Source: a virus
Reading direction: 5' to 3' (one strand)
Virus record (IMG/VR): IMGVR_UViG_2788500526_000003
Location: 488-64,487 of that record
Length of the DNA stretch: 64,000 bases
The notes under the pieces were generated by a model. The model saw nothing but the letters and a program-made list of their open reading frames with translations, made no database searches and was not told where the DNA came from. The position numbers and the translations under genes were made by a program. Shown in pieces: positions 37,204-46,500 of the stretch; position 1 is the first letter of the stretch; the number at the start of each line of letters is the position of its first letter.

Positions 37204-37437
37204 ATGAAAATCAAAGCGCTGAAAACCTTGGTCGGCAATTACGGCCGATTGGACGAAGGCATGGTCGCCGATCTGCCGAACTGGCAAGCCGGCCCGCTTC
37301 TGGCGCTTGGTTACGTCGAGAAGTTTACGGAGGTTGGCGATGGCCGACACGAAGACACGAAAGCGCCGGGTGGCGAGCTACATCGGGGCGGGAATCGTCG
37401 ACCCAAATCCGGCTCCCGAGCCCGAACCGGAGCCTGA
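37204..37437 (+). CDS. Small post-capsid protein
   Basis: GAGG RBS; position. Confidence 0.5.
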   Translation: MKIKALKTLVGNYGRLDEGMVADLPNWQAGPLLALGYVEKFTEVGDGRHEDTKAPGGELHRGGNRRPKSGSRARTGA

Positions 37438-37460
37438 AACGCCGCCGGAGGGTGGTGGCG

Positions 37461-37793
37461 ATGGCACTGGTTGACCTCGGACTGCTGAAGAAACACCTTC
37501 GTGTGTTTCATGATGACGAAGATGCTGAGTTGGAAGTCTATCTGGCTGCGGCAGAGGCGATTGTCACCGAATATGTCGACCGGGAGGTCGTGGCAACCGG
37601 CGCGACGCCTACCCTGCCTGATGGCATTGAGTTAACCCCGCCCATCACGGCAGGGATCTTGTTGGTTGCGGCTGATCTGTACGAGAACCGCGAACCTGAC
37701 ATGAAGGCCGAAGGCAACGCCGTTCTGCCGCGTCATGTTCGTGCGCTACTTGCTCCATATCGGGTGTGGCGCACTCTTCCGGTGGAAGAGTAA
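37461..37793 (+). CDS. Head-tail connector (gp6-like)
   Basis: KKHLRV..D.ED..L..YL.AA...GILL.AADLYENRE. Confidence 0.85.
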   Translation: MALVDLGLLKKHLRVFHDDEDAELEVYLAAAEAIVTEYVDREVVATGATPTLPDGIELTPPITAGILLVAADLYENREPDMKAEGNAVLPRHVRALLAPYRVWRTLPVEE

Positions 37794-37832
37794 GAGAAAT
37801 GCAGACCGTAGGCTGCACTTCTCCTGTGGCCG

Positions 37833-38045
37833 TTATTCTGGCGGCCATTCCTGACGGGTGTACCAATCATCCACATCCGACCTCACGCGGTCTTTTTCCA
37901 ATCCGTAGCGTTCCTGGATCTTGCCTTCCAGTTGCTCGCGGCGACCGTTGATCTGATCGAGATCGTCGTCAGTCAGCTTGCCCCACTGTTCTTTCACGCT
38001 TCCCTTGAACTGTTTCCAGTTACCTTCGACGCGGTTCCAATCCAT
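37833..38045 (-). CDS. CsbD/YjbJ-family general stress protein (moron)
   Basis: MDWNRVEGNWKQFKGSVKEQWGKLTDDDL...GKIQERYG. Confidence 0.9.
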   Translation of the reverse strand: MDWNRVEGNWKQFKGSVKEQWGKLTDDDLDQINGRREQLEGKIQERYGLEKDRVRSDVDDWYTRQEWPPE

Positions 38046-38129
38046 CAGAGTTCCTCCGTTAGGCTTGCAGTATCGGCCTCCTAACTTCGCAGGGCGAGAA
38101 ATGTTCATTGCATTTTTGCGAGGTGTTCG

Positions 38130-38330
38130 ATGCCCTGGCTCCACTTCACAGCCACCTACGACTTCATCCCAAAGCCTGCGGTGACGATCCGCTATCCGGC
38201 AGGGTACGTCGGGCTAGTGACCACTCCTTGCGCTAATTGCGCTGTCGCTGCTGGCAAGGCCGAGCGGCTTCCAACTCCCACAAAAGACGAGGCTGAAGCA
38301 TGGCGAAGCGCGCAGGTGCCGGCAGCCTGA
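38130..38330 (+). CDS. 66-aa neck-region protein
   Basis: GAGGTG RBS; position. Confidence 0.6.
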   Translation: MPWLHFTATYDFIPKPAVTIRYPAGYVGLVTTPCANCAVAAGKAERLPTPTKDEAEAWRSAQVPAA

Positions 38331-38677
38331 ACTGCCGTTTGACGTTTCAGGTTAGACAGGAAGTGGATGACGGATTCGGTGGAACACGCGGTGAATGGGT
38401 CGACTAGTTCACTATGCCGGGAAGGCTGGAACCGCGTTACGGCAACAATGCAGAAAGCATCATGGCGGCGAGAATGCAGTCCATGCAGCCGTACAATCTG
38501 ACGATCCGCGGCAGTAATGCGGCAAGGCAGGTGACGGCGTCTTGGCGGGCATACGACGCTCGGGCTGGGAAGACTGGGGACAAGCCAAACCGCGTGTTTG
38601 GGATCAAGACGATCGTCAATCCAGACGAGCGTGGGCAGTACATTGAGATGCTGGCGATTGAAGGCGAGGAAACCTGA
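38300..38677 (+). pseudogene. Head-closure/head-tail adaptor gene interrupted by an in-frame TAG at 38405
   Basis: MAKRAGAGSLNCRLTFQ...DDGFGG...EWVD*FTMPG... in one frame, ending at the gp10 start. Confidence 0.75.
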
Positions 38678-39141
38678 TGGCGGTAAAGATTAAAGGTCTG
38701 GACCGCCTGCAGATCAAGTTAAAGAAGTTCCCGGAAGTCGCTGAAAAACTTGTCAGAGCAGCGATGGAGCAAGGTGCGCAGGAAATCGTCAACATGATGC
38801 AAAACCTGGTTCCCGTCGATGATGGTGAACTGATGGAGAGCATCGGGTGGACGTGGGGTAAAGCTCCAAAACACAGCCAGCGCATTGGCAGCGTGAAGTC
38901 TAACGATGGTAACCTGACAATCACCATCTATGCCGGCAATTCCAAGGTGCGTTACGCCCATCTGGTCGAATTCGGCAGCGCTCCACACGTGAACGGTGGC
39001 ATGTATCCCGGAACATTCAACCCTGGGGCCAAGGCTCAGCCGTTTTTCTACGTTTCGTGGAGAGCCAAGCGGCGTAGCGCTCGGGCGCGAGTATCGCGCG
39101 CTATCACCAAGGCAGCCAAACAGATAGCGGCGGATCGCTAA
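38677..39141 (+). CDS. HK97 gp10-like tail completion protein
   Basis: PVDDGELMESI, YAHLVEFG, AQPFF. Confidence 0.85.
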   Translation: MAVKIKGLDRLQIKLKKFPEVAEKLVRAAMEQGAQEIVNMMQNLVPVDDGELMESIGWTWGKAPKHSQRIGSVKSNDGNLTITIYAGNSKVRYAHLVEFGSAPHVNGGMYPGTFNPGAKAQPFFYVSWRAKRRSARARVSRAITKAAKQIAADR

Positions 39142-39558
39142 ATGGACCCGGTTTTAGAACTTCAGGGCGCGATTATTCAGCGCTTGCGGAGCTTTCCTGC
39201 GCTTGTCTCTCTCATTGGCCAGCGCAGCTACGATAACCCGCCAACGAATGATCAAGGGCAGGTTTCGCCCTCAATTTTCCCCTATGTCAGTATCGGCGCG
39301 TCGAGCGCTCAACAGGCAGATGCCGACTGTATTTTCGCTGACGATATCATTTTCCAACTGGATGTTTGGTCGATTGAGCCAGCCAAAAAGCAGATGCGCG
39401 ACGTCGCGAATGCCGTGCGTCTCGCAACACGAGGGTGGGAACCTACCTTGACGGCCAACGCCCTCGTGACATTCGAATATTGGCGAACTGACTACATCAA
39501 GGACGGTGCAATCAATCATGCGTCGATCCGTTACACGGCGATTATCGAGCAGCCCTAG
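39142..39558 (+). CDS. DUF3168 tail terminator-like protein
   Basis: FPYVSIG...FQLDVWS; position. Confidence 0.75.
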   Translation: MDPVLELQGAIIQRLRSFPALVSLIGQRSYDNPPTNDQGQVSPSIFPYVSIGASSAQQADADCIFADDIIFQLDVWSIEPAKKQMRDVANAVRLATRGWEPTLTANALVTFEYWRTDYIKDGAINHASIRYTAIIEQP

Positions 39559-39635
39559 GGCCTCCGCGCCGATCACCCCGAAAATCTTTCTGTATGGCTG
39601 CCCTTTGGGTGGCCTTTCTCGTATTGGATCACTCC

Positions 39636-40085
39636 ATGACAGCTGCGACCACGATTAAAGGCGGCAAGGTCCGCGTCAAGATCGGCAATGACGCATCGCC
39701 GATTGTTTACACTGCGCCGTGCGGCTTCACGCAGAAGTCGATCACACTTTCGAAAAACCTCAATGAAGTTTCAATTCCCGATTGTGAAGACCCCGACAAG
39801 GTCGACTGGATCGGTCGCGACGCTGCTTCGCTTTCGATGAGCATCAGTGGCGAGGGTGTCTTGGCTTCGGAATCCGTTGAAACGTGGCTGGATGCTTGGG
39901 AGAGCATCGATTCTGTCCCGGTGCAGGTTGAGATTGTTTTCCCGGCCAAGACCTACACCTATACCGGCAAGATGCATGTAGAAAGCCTTGAAATCGGCGC
40001 CAACAACGGCGAGCGGGCGACGAATAACGTTTCGCTGCAGTCCGACGGCGAAATGGTTCGCGTCTCGGCTCCGACGACTCCATAA
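39636..40085 (+). CDS. Tail tube protein
   Basis: Position; PCGFTQKSI...SISGEG...SLQSDG. Confidence 0.8.
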   Translation: MTAATTIKGGKVRVKIGNDASPIVYTAPCGFTQKSITLSKNLNEVSIPDCEDPDKVDWIGRDAASLSMSISGEGVLASESVETWLDAWESIDSVPVQVEIVFPAKTYTYTGKMHVESLEIGANNGERATNNVSLQSDGEMVRVSAPTTP

Positions 40086-40525
40086 TGAGCAGAGATGCGA
40101 AAGTAGAACTCGACTGGGCGGACGGTACTTATACCTTCCGCCTCGGTTGGGGCGAATTGGAAGCACTACAGGAGGCGTGCGACGCCGGCCCTTGGGTCAT
40201 TCTGGAGCGGCTTTTCACCAAACAATGCCGCGTCGGCGATATCGCCCATGTTATCCGGCAGGGATTGATCGGTGGAGGCTTGGAGCCCACGGCGGCCACT
40301 AAACTCGTGCGAACCTATGTCGAAAAGCGCCCGCCTGCCGAGAATATTGTCTTCGCCACCATCATTCTACAGGCGGGTATTCAAGGCGTGCCGGAGGAGC
40401 CAGTGGGGGAGCAAACGGCGGCAAATCAGGCGGAGAGCAACTTGACAGTCTCCCCAACGGAAAAGTCAGATTTGCCGCGGTCTACGGCAACGGTGCGGCG
40501 CTCGGCTTCACGCCGCAAGAAGTAA
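40085..40525 (+). CDS. Tail assembly chaperone, with a probable -1 frameshift extension to 40650
   Basis: Position; overlapping -1 frame encodes LGFTPQEVRRMSMWQFMAAVDGY. Confidence 0.75.
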   Translation: MSRDAKVELDWADGTYTFRLGWGELEALQEACDAGPWVILERLFTKQCRVGDIAHVIRQGLIGGGLEPTAATKLVRTYVEKRPPAENIVFATIILQAGIQGVPEEPVGEQTAANQAESNLTVSPTEKSDLPRSTATVRRSASRRKK

Positions 40526-40654
40526 GGCGAATGTCCATGTGGCAGTTCATGGCTGCCGTTGACGGTTACGTCAAAGCTAACTCGACCGACGATGGCGGTT
40601 TGAGCCAGGCGGAAAAAGACGAGCTTTGGGAGTGGGTGAGCGAGGGGTAGGGGA

Positions 40655-41284
40655 TTAGCTCCCCTTGCGTACTCGTTCCGAATTCACCAACGATTCCCCC
40701 AATCGTCCAAGTGTTTCCTTCATTGCTTTTTCTGCAGATTCGGCAAGAGACTTCGCACCGCCTTCGCATGCGAACCCCGCATCAGCCTGGGCGTTGCCAT
40801 TGCCAGAAACCGTGGTACCAAGTAAGCGTCCAGATGGACCGTCAACTGTGATTGACGCGGAAATTTCTACGCTTGTTTCCATTCCAGCGGTCCAAAGACC
40901 TGGGACAAGACGCAATCTACCGTCAACATCTTCTCCTCGGACAATAATCATGCCTTTCGCACCTCGTGCGCGAAGGCCGTCGCGGTCTACCGGCTGGTTA
41001 ACCACTTCCAATTCCGACACGAGATTTTGAAAAGTCTTTCTCACTGAACCGGAGAAGCTGTTTGAAAGTGCGAGTGGAAAGGTATGCGCCGCACAATTAT
41101 AATCTGATGGCTTAATAGGCTTATCAAGTTTAGCGCTTTCGACATATAGCAGATATTTGCCGGGCAGTTTACCATCGTAGGATGAATAAACGTTATAGGC
41201 AGCAACGCTTACTGGTTCAGCCTTATACTGACACCCACCTACCAAGAGAGCCGCGAAAGCGACAAAAGCTATTTTTGATTTCAT
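40655..41284 (-). CDS. Lipoprotein (moron)
   Basis: MKSK, hydrophobic stretch, lipobox LVGGC. Confidence 0.78.
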   Translation of the reverse strand: MKSKIAFVAFAALLVGGCQYKAEPVSVAAYNVYSSYDGKLPGKYLLYVESAKLDKPIKPSDYNCAAHTFPLALSNSFSGSVRKTFQNLVSELEVVNQPVDRDGLRARGAKGMIIVRGEDVDGRLRLVPGLWTAGMETSVEISASITVDGPSGRLLGTTVSGNGNAQADAGFACEGGAKSLAESAEKAMKETLGRLGESLVNSERVRKGS

Positions 41285-41370
41285 TGCCCACCCCCAAACT
41301 TTGGTCTTTTGTAATCAATTGGGCGGTTAAAATGCAAGATGATACGGCAGCCGAAATCGTATCTAAGGCT

Positions 41371-41718
41371 CTATTTATAAGGATCGAGCGACTTACCGCC
41401 TTTGGTGTTCTCGTCGACTGTCAACTTGTAAGAGCCTGCGGGAAATTTGTACGGCGTGCATCGCATTAGTGCGCGTTTGAGGCTTTCCACTACTGTCCGC
41501 CCATAAGCACCCGCGGGCTTCGGCGTTTCGGCGGTTATATCTACCAACTCGCCTCGGCCATCGATTTCGACATTCCAAACCAACTTCAGAGTTGGTTCCT
41601 CTGTATAGGGCTGGTTCCAGCACTTTTCTACCGCTGCGGTGAACTCCGCATCGTGGTCCTGCGCTTGTGCGCCCGTCACTGCGAGCAGACCGCTCACCAA
41701 AATAATTCCCCACCGCAT
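41371..41718 (-). CDS. Secreted TolA/TonB C-terminal-like domain protein (moron)
   Basis: Signal peptide MRWGIILV...AQA; VEKCWN...VEID.RGEL...ALMRCTPY. Confidence 0.6.
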   Translation of the reverse strand: MRWGIILVSGLLAVTGAQAQDHDAEFTAAVEKCWNQPYTEEPTLKLVWNVEIDGRGELVDITAETPKPAGAYGRTVVESLKRALMRCTPYKFPAGSYKLTVDENTKGGKSLDPYK

Positions 41719-41728
41719 CGGATATTCC

Positions 41729-44143
41729 ATGGCCACTAACCTTGAATCCCTTGTCGTTCAATTTTCAGCCGATTTCAAGCGCTTGGAAAACGCCATTAAT
41801 CGTCAGCGCGGGCAGTTCACGCGGCAGATGCGCCAGATGGAGAAGTCCGCAGATGTCAGCGTACAGCGTATCAACGCGGCGCTTGGCAACATCGGCAAAG
41901 GTACGATGCGAGACCTCGCAGCACCTTTGACCGGCATTACTGCCGCATTGGGTACGCGCGAGTTGATGCAGTATGCGGATGCTTGGACGCAGGCTGGAAA
42001 CCTCATTCGTTCATCTGCGACGGCTGCTGGTGTTGGCGCGCGTTCGCTGAATGAGTTGAAGGACGGCGCGAACGAAGCTCGGACAAGTCTTGAAGCCTAT
42101 ACTGACCTATATGCTCGGCTGATCAGATCGGCCTCCGCCGTAGCCAAGTCGGAAGACGAGATTGCGCTGGCGACTTCGCTTGTCTCGAAGGCTTTCAAGG
42201 CCGGTGGTGCATCAGCTCAGGAACAAGCAGCTGGCATTCTACAGCTTGGTCAGGCGCTCGGATCGGGCGTGCTGCAAGGTGACGAACTGCGATCCCTGCG
42301 TGAAAACGCTCCGGTTATTGCAAAGGCAATTGCTGACGAGTTTAAGACCACGATCGCAGGCTTGAAGCAGCTTGGTGCTGATGGGAAGCTGACCTCCGAT
42401 CGCGTGTTCAAGGCTATCCTGAATGCACAAAAGGGGATTGAGGTTCAGTTCAAGGCCACCAATGCGACGATTGCTGACGCCTTCACGCAGATTAATAACG
42501 AGTTTACCGCTTATATCGGCAATGCCGATAAGTCGGCGGGCGCAAGTCGGCAGCTGGTACAGGCGCTGCAGTATGTTGCCGACAACTTCAAAGAAATAGC
42601 CGACGTCGTCGCAGCCTTTGCGACAGTGCTGATTACCGCGTTCACGGGGCGGGCAATTGCTGGCGTTGTCGTCGGACTTGGTCAGGCAGTGGTAGCACTG
42701 GGCTCATTCCTGACCGCACTACGCACCGGAACAAGTGTTGTAGCAGCTTTTAGTGCATCGCTTGGCCCCATCGGCCTCTTAGCCGGTGCTGCGGCAGGCG
42801 CTGTCTACCTGCTTTATAACAATATGTCGTCGGGTGATCGGGCGGCAAAATCCTTCAGTGATGCTATCGAGGCCAACAAAGCAGCGCTCGAAGGCGCCGC
42901 CTCAGCATCGCGCCAGTATCAGACTGAACTGGTCAAGCAGATCAGTTTACAGCTTGAAGCGGCGAAATCAGCCGCGACGGCTGCCGATACAGCATTCGAT
43001 GGTTGGCTAGCGAAAAGTCAGGCCTTGCGCAGCATGGGGTTGGAATTCCAGCCGATAGAATCGTTCGCTGCGGCGGCTAAACAAACGGCGCAAAATGCCG
43101 GAAAAGCAGTCTATGAGTTAGAGAAGCAAAAGGCTCAAGCTGAAAAGATCCTCGCCTCTACGCCGTCGGGCTACGGCGGTGGCATTGCCACGACACCAGA
43201 CGACAAGAAGAAGGGGCGATCAAAGAAAACGCCTGCCGAACGGTTTGATGACAGCCTACAACGTGTGACCGATCGCACATCGGCCCTTATTGCGGAAACG
43301 GAAGCACAGCGCCAGATCAACCCGCTTATAAATGACTATGGCTATGCCATGGAAAAGGCGCGCACGGAGCAAGAATTGCTCAACGCGGCGCAAAAGGCGG
43401 GCGTGGCGCTTACGCCAGAACTGCGGGCGCAGATCAAGCAGACTGCCGATCAGTGGGCATATGCCAGTTCTGAGGCGGCGAAACTCGCTGAGGCGCAAAA
43501 CAGGGTCAAGGAAAGCGCCGAGGAAATGGCGGCGTTCCAAAAGGACCTGGTCGGCGGGATCGCTGATGACTTCCTAAACGGCGCAAAGTCGGCTGAGATC
43601 TTCGCAAACGCTCTTGGCCGCATCGCACAAAAGCTAATCGATATCGGGCTGGCTAACATCTTCGATACCGACAAGGGCGGCTTCAATTTATTCGGCGCTC
43701 TGGGTGGCATCTTCCGTAAAAACGGTGGACCGGTAAAGCGCGCTGGCGGTGGTATCGTTCGCGGTCCTGGCGGTCCACGTGGCGACAAAATCCCGGCGAT
43801 GTTGAGCGACGAGGAATTCGTCGTGAACGCGGCAGCCACAAAGCGCAACCGTGCTTTGCTGGAAGCCATCAATAGCGGGCGTGTTATCGGACTGAAGGAC
43901 GGCGGCTCGCCTTTGCGCGCGCCATCCATGCCGATCCTGCGGTCATCTGCTGTGACGCAGCAAGCGCAATCCGGCATTGCCGACGTTCGTGTATTCGTGG
44001 ATCGCGACGGCAACTGGCAGGCCGAAGTCGAACGCATATCACAACGCAACGTAAAGCAAGGACTGGCTTCCTACGATAAGTCAGGTGCCGTTCGAACAGC
44101 GCGCGATCTTCGACAGGTGAACTCAAGAGGACTGGCAAAGTAA
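41729..44143 (+). CDS. Tape measure protein
   Basis: About 804 aa, Ala-rich; LGQALGSGVLQGDELRSL; LSDEEFVV. Confidence 0.9.
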   Translation: MATNLESLVVQFSADFKRLENAINRQRGQFTRQMRQMEKSADVSVQRINAALGNIGKGTMRDLAAPLTGITAALGTRELMQYADAWTQAGNLIRSSATAAGVGARSLNELKDGANEARTSLEAYTDLYARLIRSASAVAKSEDEIALATSLVSKAFKAGGASAQEQAAGILQLGQALGSGVLQGDELRSLRENAPVIAKAIADEFKTTIAGLKQLGADGKLTSDRVFKAILNAQKGIEVQFKATNATIADAFTQINNEFTAYIGNADKSAGASRQLVQALQYVADNFKEIADVVAAFATVLITAFTGRAIAGVVVGLGQAVVALGSFLTALRTGTSVVAAFSASLGPIGLLAGAAAGAVYLLYNNMSSGDRAAKSFSDAIEANKAALEGAASASRQYQTELVKQISLQLEAAKSAATAADTAFDGWLAKSQALRSMGLEFQPIESFAAAAKQTAQNAGKAVYELEKQKAQAEKILASTPSGYGGGIATTPDDKKKGRSKKTPAERFDDSLQRVTDRTSALIAETEAQRQINPLINDYGYAMEKARTEQELLNAAQKAGVALTPELRAQIKQTADQWAYASSEAAKLAEAQNRVKESAEEMAAFQKDLVGGIADDFLNGAKSAEIFANALGRIAQKLIDIGLANIFDTDKGGFNLFGALGGIFRKNGGPVKRAGGGIVRGPGGPRGDKIPAMLSDEEFVVNAAATKRNRALLEAINSGRVIGLKDGGSPLRAPSMPILRSSAVTQQAQSGIADVRVFVDRDGNWQAEVERISQRNVKQGLASYDKSGAVRTARDLRQVNSRGLAK

Positions 44144-44754
44144 TGGCCGAACTACTTCCGACTGGCCTTCGATATCAGCCGACTTTCCCGGTCCTGAATC
44201 GCCCGGTTTCCATGTCTCAGTACGGGGATCGGGCGATATCCGCGATCGAAAACGGCGATCCGTTCTGGACATGGACCGCAAAAATCACCGACTTGACGAA
44301 TGCCAAGCGCAATTTGCTCGAGGCATTCATTGATCGGTGCCGGGGCGGTCAGGTAACGGTACACTACACGCCTAAGCATGTTTGCATCCCTCAAGCCTAT
44401 TGGGGTGACGCAAACAACTCGGCGATTACCGGTACTGCAACTTTGGGCGCGATCAACGGCAACACGCTCACGCTTAACGGCGTGGCAGTCGGTCTTAAAC
44501 TGATGAACGGTGACTTGGTTGGCTTCACAACTGGCGACTACAACTTCATCGCTCGCATCGTCGCAAATGCCACAGCCGCAAGCACGAGCGTGCAGGTGAA
44601 GATTGAGCCGTTTCTACCGTCTTACATCACTGTCGGAGCGACGGTGAAGTTCAAGAACCCAGTAATGAATATGCGGCTGATGCCGAAGACGTGGGAAATC
44701 GGCGAAGGCAAGTTTCCCGATGCGTCGTTCCAGCTCATTGAGGTGCCTAAATGA
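44143..44754 (+). CDS. Distal tail protein-like
   Basis: TAATG-coupled directly after the TMP. Confidence 0.65.
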   Translation: MAELLPTGLRYQPTFPVLNRPVSMSQYGDRAISAIENGDPFWTWTAKITDLTNAKRNLLEAFIDRCRGGQVTVHYTPKHVCIPQAYWGDANNSAITGTATLGAINGNTLTLNGVAVGLKLMNGDLVGFTTGDYNFIARIVANATAASTSVQVKIEPFLPSYITVGATVKFKNPVMNMRLMPKTWEIGEGKFPDASFQLIEVPK

Positions 44755-44838
44755 AGGAAGAGAAGATGGAAAAGAAAGAAAAGGCGGGAATGATCCCGCC
44801 GCTTCATTTTGAAGACGGAATCCTTGGACTCCACGTAG

Positions 44839-45093
44839 CTACTTTAGCTGATGGGCGACGGCCTGAGACAATGCAGAAATGATGGATTGTGCAGTTTCTG
44901 TGATGGCTGCATTCTGTTGTGCCCCGTCTTCAAGTCGAACATTTGCAGCATTTTGATTGGCAGAACTAGTAAATTTTTCTAGCCAGCTTTCGGCCTGCTC
45001 ACCTTTCAGAAGTGCCAATTCCTTCATGATTTGTTGATGCAGTGCAAAATGCGCAAGTTCACCAGCATTATAGCGGATTTCAAAGTCACTCAT
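44839..45093 (-). CDS. Hypothetical moron
   Basis: AT-rich 84 aa with a GGAGG RBS. Confidence 0.55.
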   Translation of the reverse strand: MSDFEIRYNAGELAHFALHQQIMKELALLKGEQAESWLEKFTSSANQNAANVRLEDGAQQNAAITETAQSIISALSQAVAHQLK

Positions 45094-45154
45094 TCACGCC
45101 TCCCGTTGTTAACGCGAGCATCAAAGCCGAGTCGCAATCGGAAGTCGAGACGCT

Positions 45155-45388
45155 CTACCGTTGGCGCCGTGCCCGAATAGCGCGAACCCAGGTGTTGTTG
45201 AACATGATGGCCCCGATGACCAACGCGACGGCGCCGATGGCGATCATGCCGATTGCAACGCCTTGGTCTCCGAATTGCTGATACAACCAGCCCGTTTTTT
45301 CTACTGCTTGGGCTGGTTTTCCAAGGCGGAGCACCCCCTGAACGAGTGCTCCAAAACCGACAATCAACATGCAAACGCTTCTAATCAT
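45155..45388 (-). CDS. Two-TM membrane moron
   Basis: Two hydrophobic segments in 77 aa. Confidence 0.55.
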   Translation of the reverse strand: MIRSVCMLIVGFGALVQGVLRLGKPAQAVEKTGWLYQQFGDQGVAIGMIAIGAVALVIGAIMFNNTWVRAIRARRQR

Positions 45389-45449
45389 GGCGGCCAGATA
45401 TCAGGCTGGCGCGGTTGAATCCACCCTTTCGATGATTTGGCGGTAACTA

Positions 45450-46016
45450 ATGGCTTTCCCAGCACGTCTACAGCAACTGCTCAATGAGGGCAGGGGCAAG
45501 ATCGCCTCTGCCGTGAAGTTCGAGTTCGGCACCGGCACTTATGGCTTCTTCTCAGGGAAGGGCAGCCAAGATTATGGCGGTCTGACCTATCACGGCAATA
45601 CGCTGATCGATATCGACGAGCCGATGTATGCACTCGGTACAGCAGCGCAGCCGGTGACAATGCGCCTTCCTGCAGCAGCGGACTTCGGCCTGACCCCAGA
45701 CAAGCTGAAGCTGATTGAGCAGGAAGATTACAAGAACCGCCCTGTTACGTTCTATGACTTCTATTTCGACCCGGACACGAACGCTTTCCTTCATGCTGAG
45801 CCGACCTGGTACGGCTATGTCGATACTATCGACCACCGCGAGGAGGGCGACAGTGTCTGGCTGGAAGGCCATATCGAGACCGGCGCTGTCGACAATTTCC
45901 GCGAAGGCTATCGCTATGCCTCGCACGAAGACCAGCAGCTAGTTTCACCGGGCGACATGCTTTTCGAGCACGCAGCAAGGACCAAGAATGAATTCTTCAA
46001 AATCAAATTCGGCTAG
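45450..46016 (+). CDS. Minor tail protein (DUF2163-like)
   Basis: Position in the tail-tip module. Confidence 0.6.
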   Translation: MAFPARLQQLLNEGRGKIASAVKFEFGTGTYGFFSGKGSQDYGGLTYHGNTLIDIDEPMYALGTAAQPVTMRLPAAADFGLTPDKLKLIEQEDYKNRPVTFYDFYFDPDTNAFLHAEPTWYGYVDTIDHREEGDSVWLEGHIETGAVDNFREGYRYASHEDQQLVSPGDMLFEHAARTKNEFFKIKFG

Positions 46017-46425
46017 GGTTTCCGGCTGGGATCGGGCGCTGGAAGACCTTGCGACGGCGCATGTCTCGATCATCCCGGAATGGGGTGTTTCAGACTGCCT
46101 GATGACGGCAGCTGATGCAATCAAGTCCGTTACCGGCGAAGACCCGCTTGCGGAGTTCCGAGGCAAATACAAAACCGAAGCCGGTGCAGCTCGTAAGATG
46201 CGCGCCAATGGCTGCGAGAACGTCAAGGACGTGTTTGAGAATTACCTCCAGCTTGAGCCGGTCAATCGCCTCTCAGCCCGTCGGGGTGATGTGGGCGTTA
46301 TCCGCATCAATGACGAATACGTCGCCGGGTTCATCTGTGGCTCCGGTTTTGCGGTGAAACAGCCGCAAGGGCTTGCATTCTTTCCGGTGACCGAAATCGA
46401 GCAGGCCTACAAGGTCGGCAGCTAA
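45988..46425 (+). CDS. Tail-associated NlpC/P60-like protein (DUF6950-like)
   Basis: EWGVSDC...ARRGDVG. Confidence 0.65.
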   Translation: MNSSKSNSARVSGWDRALEDLATAHVSIIPEWGVSDCLMTAADAIKSVTGEDPLAEFRGKYKTEAGAARKMRANGCENVKDVFENYLQLEPVNRLSARRGDVGVIRINDEYVAGFICGSGFAVKQPQGLAFFPVTEIEQAYKVGS

Positions 46426-46500
46426 CCACCACTACAATTTGCACCTTTGAAGGTCCGCCAGCAGCGGACCTTTTTTGTTGCGCCCGCAAGAGGCCGCCGC

